The notes beneath the pieces are model-generated. The model saw only the letters and a list, made by a program, of their open reading frames with translations, was not told where the DNA came from and searched no databases. From positions 1 through 64,000 of the forward strand of contig JASTWF010000351.1 in assembly GCA_030390025.1 (NCBI GenBank): a DNA stretch of 64,000 bases, in the 5' to 3' direction. This document shows positions 1-12,803 of this stretch, in pieces. The stretch is from Squalus acanthias (lineage: Eukaryota). Position 1 is the first letter of the stretch; the number at the start of each line of letters is the position of its first letter. The position numbers and the translations under genes were made by a program.

Positions 1-343
1 CACCACTGGTAAGGCGTGTCCACCTGGTCCTCTGGGCTCCAGGTCTTGTTGCAGCATTGCGCAGATGTCACCCACTACCTCTCGCGAAAGTCGGAGCCGC
101 CTTTGGCACTGCTGCTCAGACATGTTGAGGTAGCTGACCCTGTGTCTGTAGACCCTGTTTGGGGGGTATCTCCTGCGCCGACGGCCTTCCATGCACTGGC
201 CCCTTCTGGCCTGTGCAGCTTCAGGCGGGTCAGCAGCAGCTTGACGCTCCGGTTGTTGCTGCTGCTGTTGGTGCTGCTGTTGTTCATGGTTCTGCTGGTG
301 CCGCGGCTGATGCCCAGAAGGGAAGGAAATAATTTGCTCCCAT
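1..343 (-). pseudogene. Harbinger transposase (HARBI1-like) N-terminal part
   Basis: Manual translation 288->1 gives [16 protein letters not shown]...[61 protein letters not shown], a typical Harbinger nuclease N-terminus. The ATG at 343 is one base out of frame. Not in the ORF track. Confidence 0.75.
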
Positions 344-872
344 GCTTCTGGTATATGCCTCAGTTGAGGAAGCGCTCAATGAAGGTGGCGAGAGGGGTTT
401 CCCAGGAGGTCACACTGGAGATGGGTGTCAGGCTCAAAACTTCCAGAGCTGTGGTTATGCCTTCTAAAAGTTCCCCCAGACCTGTGACAACAAAGTCCTG
501 CCACCTGCAAATGATGGCTGATCAAATCTCCTATTTAATGGTTGAGCTGCAGCTGATAGTCAGCAATCCACTTGTGCTCCCGCCAGGTTTCACCGGCGTG
601 TTTTAGATCAGGCGTGCTTCACGTGGGAAAAGGGTTAAACTAGCAAATAACTATCAAAATGGCATTACAGAGCCAATTTAGGGCTTGTTAAAGGCATTAA
701 CGGCCTCTCCCGCCTCTTGGAGGCAGGACGGAGACGGGACCAGTAGACACGATTTCATCAAAATTGCGTGGAGGCGGGATGGAGGCAGATTTCGGCCCGC
801 CCGCCAGATTTTAAAATCTTAACCACCCACACGCCTCCAATCCCGCCTCAACGGCCTGATGAAAATCCAGCC
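1..872 (-). mobile_element. PIF/Harbinger DNA transposon, one end (continues off the window start)
   Basis: Ends in aaaatccagccc, the same terminus as the TIR-bounded element at 22104-23016. Region 545-872 is homologous to 22535-23016. Encodes a HARBI1-like N-terminus. Confidence 0.8.
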
Positions 873-3800
873 CTCTGTCTCCACTTAATTGCTTTTTAGT
901 CCTCAAAGTCAGTATGGATGTGACCTTTCATGTTAGCCCTTGTCTTTTACACTATTCAGTGAAACTGCCAGTAATGTCACTTTAACTCTTTCCCCACTGC
1001 ACTGTTTTAGCTCAGATTCTGGCAAGGTTCTGATGAAAGATCATCAACCTGAAATGTTAACCCTGTTTCTCTCTCTCGCCACAGATGCTGCCTAACCTAC
1101 TGAGTCTTTCCAGCATTTTCTGTTTTTATTTCTATTCTGCTTGTTGTCTTGATTTCATGTGTCTCTGCCAGCCTGCCTGCCTTGTCTTGATTTGAGTGGA
1201 GTGGAATAAAAAGAATGCAAAGATCCCAGAGCAGCTTTTACTGTCAGACAGTCCACAAATACATTTTTCAGTATCTCACTGACTGACTGTCTTGAAGTGA
1301 AGTGAAATAAAGTGCAATGAAGCGATACACAACAGCATCACATGTGGACCAGGCCAGAATGAAATCAATAGGTTTTAATACAACAACAGCAGGTAATAAG
1401 ACACCAGACCACATCTCACACAAACACCAGCTTTTGCCCCTCTCTCTCTCTCACACACACACTCACAGCCTGCAGAGGGATGACTGCCGTGTTGGACGAT
1501 TAAAACCAAAAAGACACTTTTCAGTACCTTAGCTTTCCACTTTGTGGCCTACAGAAACAGGTTTTTATTCTGCAACTTGACTTTCTCTCTCGCTTTCACT
1601 GACTGTCTGTCTGTCTCTCACACAGTCTCCCTCCCACCCACATTGAACTAAAATTTACAGTAACATGACACACACACTCACACAGACTCTGTAATTTGCA
1701 GAAACACAGACACCCACTGACATACAGACACACTCACACAGACTGCAATTTGCAGAAACTCACACTCACACAATTATTTTGAAAGATGTGGAGCCTGGGA
1801 GTGTCAATTTTTGATGCTGTCCCTTCCTGGCTGTGCGTCCACGTTTGATGAGGTCAATCAAACAGGAAGATGTGAAGCCGAGGCTCCAGAAATCCGGGTC
1901 CCCGAGAGGAAATGAAAGCCCAGGAGGGTGAAAAGAAGTAAATACAATCAGGAATAAATAATAATATATATACTTTACTTTTATTAATTAAATGTCTGCC
2001 TGTCTGTGGTTTGCCTGGAGTGTAATAAAATGAATGGAAAGATTGCACAGCAGCTTTTGCTCTGAAAACATCCCAAGCACATTCCCCAATAAAGCCCAGT
2101 CCAGAAAAAAATCAAATGGATTATTCTGATAATAATTTAAAAATATATTATATACTTTTGTTTTACAAAAGTCTTGTCTTGTTTGGGTTGGGATGAAGGG
2201 GAGAGTAAGATCCCACAGCAGGATATGCCATGAAACACTCAACAAACATTCCCCTATAAAGTCCAGTCCAGAAAAATATCAAATGGCTTGATGTATATGT
2301 GTAGATTTGCTTTTTACAAAATTCTTGAAAGAAAGGCAAAGTAAGATCCCACAACAGTGCAGTCTGGAATTAAATCAGCATGATCTAATGGTGTATACTT
2401 ACTGTTTTTTCCAGACATGAGATGCAGTACCAATGCACAAGGCAGATAACTTGAACACAGACAAACCCTGCATACACACCAGCTTTTGCTGTCTCTCTCT
2501 CTCTCACACACACACACACAGGCCAGCCTGCAAAATCGCCACAAATCACAGTCAGCAATCAAAAAAAGTTGATTTCTTTCATTGGTCTGCTCTGTTTGGC
2601 AGTTTAAAAGCAAACAGACAGTTTTCAGTATTTTATCTTTTAATTTTGCGGCCAAAAGAAACAGGCTTTCTATTCTGCATCAAAAGCAAATGCTGTGGAA
2701 GTGGGAAATCTGAAATAAAAGAGAGAGAAACAGAGTTAATGTTTCAGATCGATTACCTTTTGTCAGATTCTGGCAAGGTTCTGACGAAAGGTCATCGAGC
2801 TGAAACATTTACTCTGTTTCTCTGTATCTCCACTGATGCTGCCTAACATACTGAGTATTTCCAAAATTTTCTGTTTTTATTTCTATTCTGCATGTTGTCT
2901 TGATTTCATGTGTCTCTCTCACTGCCTGCCTGCATTGTCTTAATTTGAGTGGAGTGGAATAAAAAGAATGCAAAAATCCCAGAGCAGCTTTTATTGTCAG
3001 ACAGTCCAAAAAGACATTTTTCAGTGTCTCACTGACTGACTGTCTGTCTTGAAGTGAAGTGAAATGATATAAAGTGCAATAAAGTGATACACAACAGCAT
3101 TACATGTGGATCAGACCAGAATGAAATCACTGGGGTTTAATACAACAACAGCAGGTAATAAGACAGCAGACCACATCTCACACAAACACCTGCTTTTGCC
3201 CTCTCTCTCTCTCACACACACACACTCACAGCCTGGCCAGCCTGCAGAGGGATGACTGCCGTGTTGGAAGATTAAAACCAAAAAGACACTTTTCAGTATC
3301 TTATCTTTTCACTTTGTGGCCTACAGAAACAGGCTTTCTATTCTGCAACGTGCCTTTTGATTTCATGTCTCTCTCGCTCTCACTGACTGTCTATCTGCTA
3401 CTCACACAGTCTCCCTCCCAACCACATTGAACTAAAATTTACAGTAACATGACACACACTCACACACTCTGCAATTTACAGACACACAGACACCCACACA
3501 CATACAGACACACTCACACAGTCTCTGCAATTTGCAGAATCTCACCCTCACACATCCATTTTGAAAGATGTGGAGCCTGGGAGTGTCAATTTTGGATGAT
3601 GTCCCTTCCTGGCTGTGCGTCCATGTTTGATGAGGACAATCAAACAGGAAGATGTGAAGCTCTTGCCCCAGAAATCCAGGTCCCCAAGAGGAAATGAAAG
3701 CCCGGAGGGTGAAAAGAAGTAAATACAATCAGGAATAAATAATATATATACACATTACTCCTCTTAATTAAATGTCTGCCTGTCTGTGGTTTGCCTGGAG

Positions 3801-4492
3801 TGTAATAAAATGAATGGAAAGATCGCACAGCAGCTTTTGCTCTGAAAACATCCCAAGCACATTCCCCAATAAAGCCCAGTCCAGAACAAAAAAAATCAAA
3901 TGGATTATTCTGAAAATAATTTTAAAAATATATACATTTTTTTTTTACAAAAGTCTTGTCTTGTTTGGGTTGGGATGAAGGGGAGAGTAAGATCCCACAG
4001 CAGGATGTGCCATGAAACACTCCACAAACATTCCCCTATAAAGTCCAGTCCAGAAAAATATCAAATGGCTTGATGTATATATGTAGATTTGCTTTTTACA
4101 AAATTCTTGAAAGAAAGGCAAAGTAAGATCCCACAACAGTGCAGTCTGGAATTCAATCAGTATGATCTAATGGTATATACTGTCTGTTTTTTTCCAGACA
4201 TGAGATGCAGTACCAATGCACATGGCAGATAACTTGAACACAGACAAGCCCTGCATACACACCAGCTTTTGCTGTCTGTCTCTCTCTCGCACACACACAC
4301 ACACAGGCCAGCCTGCAAAATTGCCACAAAACACTGTCAGCAATGGAAGAAAGATGATTTCTATAATTTCTCTGCTGTGTTCGGCAGCTTAAAAGCAAAC
4401 AGTTTTCAGTATTTTATCTTTTCATTATGCGGCCTACAGAAACAGGCTTTCTATTCTGCATCAAAAGTAAATGTTGTGGATGTGAGAAATCT

Positions 4493-4702
4493 GAAATAAA
4501 AACAGAAAATGCTGGAAATACTCAGCAGGTAAGGCAGCAACTATGGAGAGAGAGAGAAACAGAGTGAATGTTTCAGCTCAATTACCTTTTGTCAGATTCT
4601 GGCAAGGTTCTGACGGAAGGTCATCGAACTGAAACATTTACTCTGTTTCTCTGTACCTCCACTAATATACTGAGTATTTCCAGCATTTTCTGTTTTTATT
4701 TC
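4493..4702. repeat. Inverted pair of Penelope-type terminal repeats (fold-back) within the array unit; also 2712-2883 and 6419-6626, half copy 1012-1132
   Basis: Left arm gaaataaaaacagaaaatgctggaaatactcag...gtttcagctc..ttaccttttgtcaga is the reverse complement of right arm tctgacg.aaggtcatcga.ctgaaacatttactctgtttc...gagtatttccagcattttctgtttttatttc. The same sequence ends the Penelope copy at 17864. Confidence 0.85.
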
Positions 4703-6190
4703 TATTCTGCACGTTGTCTTGATTTCATGTGTCTCTCTCACTGCCTGCCAGCCTTGTCTTGTTTTGAGTAGAGTGGAATAAAAAGAATGCAAAAATCCCA
4801 GACAGCTTTTGTCAGACAGTCCACAAAGACATTTTTCAGTATCTCACTGACTGACTGTCTTGAAGTGAAGTGAAATTAAATAAAGTGCAATAAAGTGATA
4901 CACAACAGCATTACATGTGGACCAGGCCAGAATTAAATCAAAAGGGTTTAATACAACAACAGCAGGTAATAAGTCAGCAGACCACATCTCACACAAACAC
5001 CAGCTTTTGCCCTCTCTCTCTCACACACACACTCACAGCCTGGCCAGCCTGCAGACAGATGACTGCCGTGTTGGAAGATTAAAACCAAAAAAACACTTTT
5101 CAGTATCTTATCTTTTCACTTTGTGGCCTACAGAAACAGGCTTTCTATTCTGCAACTTACCTGTTGATTTCATGTCTCTCGCGCTCTCACTGACTGTTTG
5201 TCTGTCTGCCATTCACAGTCTCCCAAGCACTCACATTGAACTAAAATTTACAGTAACATGACACACACACTGACACAGACTCTGCAATTTGCAGAAACAC
5301 AGACACCCACTCACATACAGACACACTCACACAGACTCTGCAATTTGCAGAAACACAGACACCCACTCACATACAGACACACTCACACAGTCTCTGCAAT
5401 TTGCAGAAACACAGACACCCACTCACATACAGACACACTCACACAGTCTCTGCAATTTGCAGAAACACACACTCACACATCCATTTAGAAATGGGTGCAG
5501 CCTGGGAGTGTCAGTTTTTGATGATGTCCCTTCCTGGCTGTGCGTCCATGTTTGATGAGGTCAATCAAACAGGAAGAAGTGAAGCCGAGGCCCCAGAAAT
5601 CCGGGTCCCCAAGAGGAAATGAAAGCCCGGAGGGTGAAAAGAAGTAAATACAATCAGGAATAAATAATATATATACATTACTCCTCTTAATTAAATGTCT
5701 GCCTGTCTGTGGTTTGCCTGGAGTGTAATAAAATGAATGGAAAGATTGCACAGCAGCTTTTGCTCTGAAAACATCCCAAGCACATTCCCCAATAAAGCCC
5801 AGTCTAGAAAAAAATAAAATGGATTATTCTGAAAATAATTAAAAAATATATTATATACTTTTGTTTTGCAAAAGTCTTGTCTTATTTGGGTTGGAATGAA
5901 GGGGAGAGTAAGATCCCACAGCAGGACATGCCATGAAACACTCAACAAACATTCCCCTGTAAAGTCCAGTCCAGAAAAATATCAAATGGCTTGATGTATA
6001 TGTGTAGATTTGCTTTTTACAAAATTCTTGAAAAAAGGCAAAGTAAGATCCCACAACAGCATAGCCTGGAATGAAATCAGCATGATCTAATGGTGTATAC
6101 TTTCTGTTTTTTTCAGACATGAGATGCAGTACCAATCAAGATAACTTGAACACAGACAAGCCCTGCATACACACCAGCTTTTGCTGTCTG

Positions 6191-6226
<36 letters not shown>

Positions 6227-6742
6227 AGGCCAGCCTGCAAAATTACCACAAATCAATGTCAGCAATGAAAGAAAGTAGATTTCTATCATTGCTCTGCTCT
6301 GTTTGGCAGTTTAAAAGCAAACAGACAGTTTTCAGTATTTTATCTTTTCAGTTTACGGCCTACAGAAACAGGCTTTCTATTCTGCATCAAAAGTAAATGC
6401 TGTGGATGTGGGAAATCTGAAACAAAAACAGAAAATGCTGGAAATACTCAGCAGGTAAGGCAGCATCTGTGGAGAGAGAGAGAAACAGAGTTAATGTTTC
6501 AGCTCGATTACCTTTTGTCAGATTCTGGCAAGGTTCTGACGAAAGGTCATCGAGCTGAAACATTTACTCTGTTTCTCTGTATCTCCACTAATATACTGAG
6601 TATTTCAAGCATTTCTGTTTTATTTCTATTCTGCATGTTGTCTTGATTTCATGTGTCTCTCTCACTGCCTGCCAGCCTGCCTGCCTTGTCTTGATTTGAG
6701 TAGAGTGGAATAAAAAGAATGCAAAGATCCCAGAGCAGCTTT

Positions 6743-8983
6743 GACTCAGAGACTAGGGTCCTGAATTTAAATAAAGGAAACTACGATGGTATGAGGTCCG
6801 AGTTGGGTAGGATTGATTGGGGAAAGTCACTCAAAGGGTTGACGGTGGATAGGCAATGGCAAACATTCAAAGACGGGATGGACGAACTACAGAATTTGTT
6901 CATCCTAGTTTGGCATAAGAATAAAACAAAAAGGGTGACTCAACCGTGGCTGACAAGGGAAATTAGGGATAGCATAAGATCCAAGGAGAGGGCATATAAA
7001 TTGGCCAGAAAAAGCAGTAACCCTGAGGATTGGGAGCAGTTTAAGATTAAACAAAGGAGGACAAAGGGATTAATTAAGAAGGGGAAAATAGAATACGAGA
7101 GTAAGCTTGCAGGGAACATAAAAACTGACTGCAAAAGCTTTTATAGATATGTGAAGAGAAAAAGATTAGTGAAATCAAGCATAGGTCCCATGCAGTCAGA
7201 ATCAGGGGAACTTATAATGGGGAACAAAGAAATGTCAGACCAATTAAATACATATTTTGGTTCTGTCTTCACAAAGGAGGACATAAATAACCTCCCAGAG
7301 ATGTTGGGGAACACAGGGTCTGATGAAAGGGAGGAACTGAAAGAAATCAGTATTTGCAGGGAAATGGTGTTAGGGAAATTGAAGGGATTGAGGGCCGATA
7401 AATCCCCAGGGCCTGATAATCTACATCCTAGGGTACGTAAGGAAGTGGCCCTAGAAATAGTAAATGCATTGCTGATCATCTTCCAACATTCGATTGAATC
7501 TGGAACAGTACCCATTGATTGGAGGGTAGCTAATGTTACCCCACTATTCAAAAAGGGTGGTAGAGAGAAAACGGTGAATTACAGACCGGTAAGCCTGACA
7601 TCGGTAGTGGGGAAAATGCTGGAGTCCATTATAAAAGATGTAATAGCTGAGCACTTGGAAAACAGTGACAGGATCGGACAAAGTCAACATGGATTTACAA
7701 ATGGTAAATCATGCTTGACTAATCTACTGGAATTTTTTGAGGATGTAACTGGTAAAATAGATAAGGGAGAACCAGTGGATGTGGTGTATTTGGACTTCCA
7801 AAAGGCTTTTGATAAGGTCCCGCATAAGAGATTAGCGTGTAAAGTTAAGGCACATGGGATTGGGGGCAAGCTATTGATTTGGATAGAGAACTGGTTGGCA
7901 GACAGAAAGCAAAGAGTTGGAATAAGCGGGTCTTTTTCCGAGTGGCAGGCAGTGACTAGTGGGGTACTGCAGGGATCGGTCCTTGGACCCCAGCTGTTCA
8001 CAATATATATTAATGATCTAGACAAGGGAACTAGATGTAATATCTCCAAGTTTGCAGACGACACAAAACTGGGTGGGCGTGTGTGCTGCGAGGAGGATGC
8101 TGAGAAACTCCAGGATGATTTGGACAGGTTGGGTGATTGGGCAGAAGCATGGCAGATGCAATATAATGTGGATAAATGCGAGGTTATCCACTTTGGTGTC
8201 AAAAACAGGAAGGCAGATTATTATCTGAATGGCAATAGATTGGGAGAAGGGGAAGTGCAACGAGACCTGGGTGTTCTTGTGCACCAGTCGCTGAAGGTAA
8301 GCATGCAGGTGCAGCAGGCGGTTAAGAAGGCAAATGGTATGTTGGCCTTCATAGCGAGAGGGTTTGAGTACAGGAACAAGGATGTCTTGCTGCAGTTGTA
8401 CAGGGCCTTGGTGAGACCACACCTTGAGTACTGTGTGCAGTTTTGGTCACCTTATCTGAGGAAGGATGTTCTTGCCATGGAAGGAGTTCAGCGAAGATTC
8501 ACAAGGCTGATACCTGGGATGGCAGGAATGACGTATGAAAAGAGATTGGGTCGATTGGGCTTATACTCGCTGGAGTTTAGAAGAATGAGAGGGGATCTCA
8601 TTGAAACTTATAAAATTCTGACAGGACAGGACAAACTAGATGCAGGAAGGATGTTACCGATGGTCGGGGAGTCCAGAACCAGGGGTCACAGTCTAAGGAT
8701 AAGGGCTAAGCCATTTAGGACAGAAATGAGGAGGAATTTCTTCACCCAGAGAGTGGTGAACCTGTGGAATTCTCTGCCACAGAAGGCAGTAGAGGCCAAT
8801 TCATTAAATAGATTCAAGAAGAAGTTGGATATATTTCTTAAGGCTAAAGGGATCAAGGGATATGGGGAGAAAGCATGGACAGGGTACTGAATTTGGATGA
8901 TCAGCCATGATCGCATTGAATGGCGGAGCAGGCTAGAGAGGCCGAATGGCCTACTCCTGCTCCTATCTTCTATGATTCTATGA
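6743..8983 (+). mobile_element. CR1 LINE, 5'-truncated, RT frame uninterrupted
   Basis: Open frame to stop 8890 with KSPGPD, LDFQKAFDKV, QGSVLGP and FADD motifs; 3' (ctatgatt)n tail. Splits the array sequence gcagctt|ttattgtcag. Confidence 0.95.
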
Positions 8984-9725
8984 TTTATTGTCAGACAGTC
9001 CAAAAAGACCTTTTTCAGTATCTCACTGACTGACTGTCTGTCTTGAAGTGAAGTGAAATGAAATAAAGTGCAATAAAGTGATACACAACAGCATTACATG
9101 TGGACCAAGCCAGAATTAAATCAATAGGGTTTAATACAGCAACAGCAGGTAATAAGACAGAAGACCACATCTCACACAAACACCTGCTTTTGCCCTCTCT
9201 CTCTCTCATACACACACTCACAGCCTGGCCAGCCTGCAGAGGGTTGACTGCCGTGTTGGAAGATTAAAACCAAAAAGACACTTTTCAGTATCTTATCTTT
9301 TCACTTTGTGGCCTACAGAAACAGGCTTTCTATTCTGCTACTTGCCTTTTGATTTCATGTCTCTCTCGCTCTCACTGACTGTCTGTCTGTCTGCCACTCA
9401 CACAGTCTCCCTCCAAACCACATTGAACTAAAATTTACAGTATCATGACACACACTCTCACACAGACTCTGCAATTTGCAGACACACAGACACCCACTCA
9501 CATTCAGACACATTCACACAGACTCTGCAATTTGCAGAAACTCTCACTCTCACATCCATTTTGAAAGAGATGCAGCCTGGGAGCGGCTGAGTCACGTGAC
9601 CCTTTGGCTGGGCCTCTGACCTCACAATGGGTGATGATGCGATCAGCTCGAGCTGGAAACCCTAAAATTAAATTAAAATCAAATCATCGGCCGGAAATGG
9701 TCACACAATGGGAGCAGTGACATCA

Positions 9726-10392
9726 TCAATTGAAATGTTCACAATCCACTCTCAGTCCGGCTCTTGTTCCCCACAGAGACACCAGCTGATTCTCTCCGGA
9801 TGAACTGAACTGATTATTCAACAGCCTGAAACAGATTAAAGATTAAACAGGAAATAAACAGATTGAACATCAGTGTAAATAACCGCGAGACTGGGGTTAA
9901 TATTTCAATCATAATTACAGACAAATATTACCCATAAAAGTGACTGAATCCCATTGATATTTTATTTATTACACTAAACATTAATACAAACACTCACCAG
10001 ATCCGCTCCAGACTCCCGCAGGACAGTATGAGGCGGCGGAGAGCGGGGACAGATCGGTCTGTGAAGGAGTTTGATCCCAGGGTCAGATCCGTCAGTGAGC
10101 GGATTGTGCTGAGAGCGGAGACGAGATCCTCGGCACCAGAATCTGTGAGACCGACATCAACCAACCTGGGGATCAGAGAGAGAAATAACAGGAATCAGAG
10201 TAAATCCCCAGTGTTTATTAATAACACTATTACTGATACTAATAATAATGTACAGTGCCAGACATCCAGTTATTATAAACACAATCTCACACAGTCTGGT
10301 AGTTACCGCAGTTCCTGTATTTTACAGTCGGGTTCCTCAGAGCCGCAGAGAGTAGTTTCACTCCTGAATCTCCCAGTTTATTGTAATTCAGT
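9726..10392 (-). pseudogene. Last three coding exons (RI-type LRRs) of an NLR (NACHT-LRR) gene: 10392-10307, 10165-9998, 9825-9726
   Basis: Canonical AG/GT borders. Translations: LNYNKLGDSGVKLLSAALRNP-(fs)-CKIQEL; LVDVGLTDSGAEDLVSALSTIRSLTDLTLGSNSFTDRSVPALRRLILSCGSLERIW; LLNNQFSSSGENQLVSLWGTRAGLRVDCEHFN*. The first exon is 86 nt (1-bp deletion). No NACHT exon recognised in the window. Confidence 0.88.
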
Positions 10393-10465
10393 CTAAACAC
10401 AGACAGAGAGAGAAACAAAGTGAATCATAGCCCGGATCTGATATATTTTTCTCTCTCGGATATTA

Positions 10466-11552
10466 CGGGTTGGGTGGGGCCGGGGTCGGGTGGGGCCGGG
10501 GGTGGGTCGGGTGGGGCCAGGGGCGGGTGGGGCCGGGGGCAGGTTGGGTGGGGCAGGGGGCGGGTCGGGTGGGGCCGGGGGCAGTTCGGGTGGGGCCGGG
10601 GGCGGGTGGGGCCGGGGGCAGGTCGGGTGGGGCCGGGGGCAGGTCGGGTGGGGCCGGGTCAGGTGGGGCCGGGGGCGGGTCGGGTGGGGCTGGGGTCGGG
10701 GGGGGCCGGGGGCAAGTCGGGTGGGGTCGGGTCGGGTGGGGCCGGGGCCGGGGGCGGGCCGGGTGGGGCCGGGGTCGGGGGGGGCCGGGGGCAAGTCGGG
10801 TGGGGTCGGGTCGGGTGGAGCCGGGGGGCGGGTCGGGTGGGGCCGGGAGCAGGTCGGGTGGGGCCGGGGGCAGTTCGGGTGGGGCCAGGGGCAGATAGGG
10901 TGGGGCCGGGGGTGGGTCGGGTGGGGCTGGGGTCGGGTGGGGCCAGGGACGGGTCAGGTGGGGCCGGGGGCAGGTCGGGTGGGGCCGGGGGCGGGGCGTG
11001 TGGGGCCGTGGGCGGGTCAGGTGGGGCCGGGGGCGGGTCGGGTGGGGCCGGGGGCGGGGCGTGTGGGGCCGGGGGCGGGTCAGGTGGGGCCGGGGGCGTG
11101 TTGGGTGGGGCCGGGGTCGGGTGGGGCCGGGGGCAGGTCGGGTGGGGCCAGGGGCGGGTCGGGTCGGGGGCGGGTGGGGCCAGTGTCGGGTGGGGCCGGG
11201 GTCGGGTGGGGCCGGGGGCGAGTCGGGGGCGGGTCGGGGTCGGGTGGGGCCGGGGGCGGGGCGGGTGGGGCCGGGGGCGGGTCAGGTGGGGCCGGGGGCG
11301 GGTCGGGTGGGGCCGGGGGCAGGTCGGGTGGGGCCGGGGGCGGGTCGGGTCGGGCCGGGGGCGGGTGGGGTCGGGTGCGGGTGGGGCCAGGGTCGGGTGG
11401 GGCCGGGTTCGGGTGGGGCCGGGGGCGAGTCGGATGGGGCCGGGGGCGGGTCGGGTGGGGCCGGGGGCGGGTCGGGTGGGGCCGGGGGCGAGTCGGGGGC
11501 GGGTCGGGTGGGGCCGGGGGCGGGGGCAGGTCGGGTGAGGCTGGGGTCGGGG
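10466..11552 (+). repeat. G-rich minisatellite, ~21-bp unit cgggtcgggtggggccggggg
   Basis: About 1.1 kb of degenerate tandem units with dense G3-G5 runs. Confidence 0.95.
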
Positions 11553-12803
11553 CTCAAGAAGGGATGACGTCAGGAGGATCAGGCTGCAGTGGCACAAACC
11601 TTTCAATGGTTTGAGTAGATCACGAAGCGTTACTGCCTCTCATCACATCCCCATCACTCTGCCTTCTCTACCCTACTCCAGCACATTCTTACTCTCACCA
11701 ACTTACCTTGCACCTCCTCCCATCTCTCTCTATCTATATAATCACATCCCCATCTCACTAGCCACCCCTTACACTCATCCTAGTCCAATCATACCAACTA
11801 ACAACACACAAGGGTAGGCAATTGTGTGTTTTAGCCAATGTTCATGTGAAGTTTCTGTTAATATGGTGTCAAACATTGGAAATCTTTATTTTCAACATTT
11901 TCCGTTCTTGGACATACTTGTATGCACATTTGGAAGTGGCTTAGTGAGTTGCAGTGAATTGCGAGACATAACGGAACTCCCTACAATACTGATGAGTGTG
12001 ACAGGAATGGTTTGGGCATTATAGGGATGCTTTGTGTTGTTGGTGTGGGCTGGTGGCAACCTGGCGCATCATGTGGCATCCAGGGCATGCAGGGTCAAGT
12101 GAAGAATATCTGCCCATGGTGAGGCCATCTCTGGCAACCCGGTCAGCAATGTGGTCGGGTGCTGATGCCCTCTGTGCTGTGCAGCATCAGGTGATTGTGG
12201 AGAAGGTTGGTGTTGTTGTTGGTGCTGCTGGTGTGTCTGGTGCTGCAGGTGTTGGGGCTGATCGTGGTGGGATTCTGAGGCCCAAGGTGAGACAGTATAA
12301 ACCATACCCATGCTGATGAAATAGATGGCAGGTGAACTTGAGATGTCAGAGCAATCTGTCAATGGTGAGAGAGGTTGTTCCAATGAGGTGACACTGGACA
12401 GAGAGTTTGCTCCAAACACTTGCAACCTGAATAAAGCTCAATCTGTCTGCCAAATGCAGTAAGCAACAGCTTCTGAGCTTGGAAAGTGAACAGCTGTGAG
12501 ATGGGAGCTTTTATAGCACATTTCCAGCTGTCAAGTAATGAGATGATTCCATGGCCTTTCAACTTCCGCTCTGCTTACCTGGCGTGATCCCCGAGCAGCG
12601 TGGACCACGTGGGCGACCTGGTAAACTCTGAAGGTGAGCTGAAAATAGTTGTTAATCCTTTGTTAACAAGGTGATAATGACCTGAATTGCCTCCCCCGCC
12701 GCTACATGGATACATAGATACATAGAAGATAGGAGCAGGAGTAGGCCATCCGGCCCTTCGAGCCTGCTCCGCCATTTAATGAGATCATGGCTGATCCTTC
12801 AAT

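Larger units (their letters stand above)
1012..9583. repeat. Tandem array of a 1.75-1.93 kb unit, about 3.5 copies; last copy interrupted by a CR1
   Basis: Anchor tcagattctggcaaggttctga recurs at 1012, 2763, 4592 and 6518, with colinear sequence between. Length differences come from CA/CT microsatellites and a ~52-bp sub-repeat. Confidence 0.95.

Noticed and set aside
16..606. 196-aa plus-strand ORF with poly-Leu
   Set aside because: Antisense shadow of the Gln-rich Harbinger transposase.
1805..1875. Possible snoRNA or structured RNA (tgatga and a gtttgat/atcaaac stem) in the array unit
   Set aside because: No properly placed D box or terminal stem and no covariation among copies.
6719..6742. 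ATG start giving a 723-aa host-RT fusion
   Set aside because: Chance in-frame ATG in the array sequence (present in the other units) next to a truncated CR1; no promoter or splice evidence.
10028..10396. 122-aa plus-strand ORF
   Set aside because: Antisense to NLR exons and spans their intron.
10393..11614. Long Gly/Arg/Pro-rich ORFs
   Set aside because: By-products of a stop-free G-rich repeat open in all frames.
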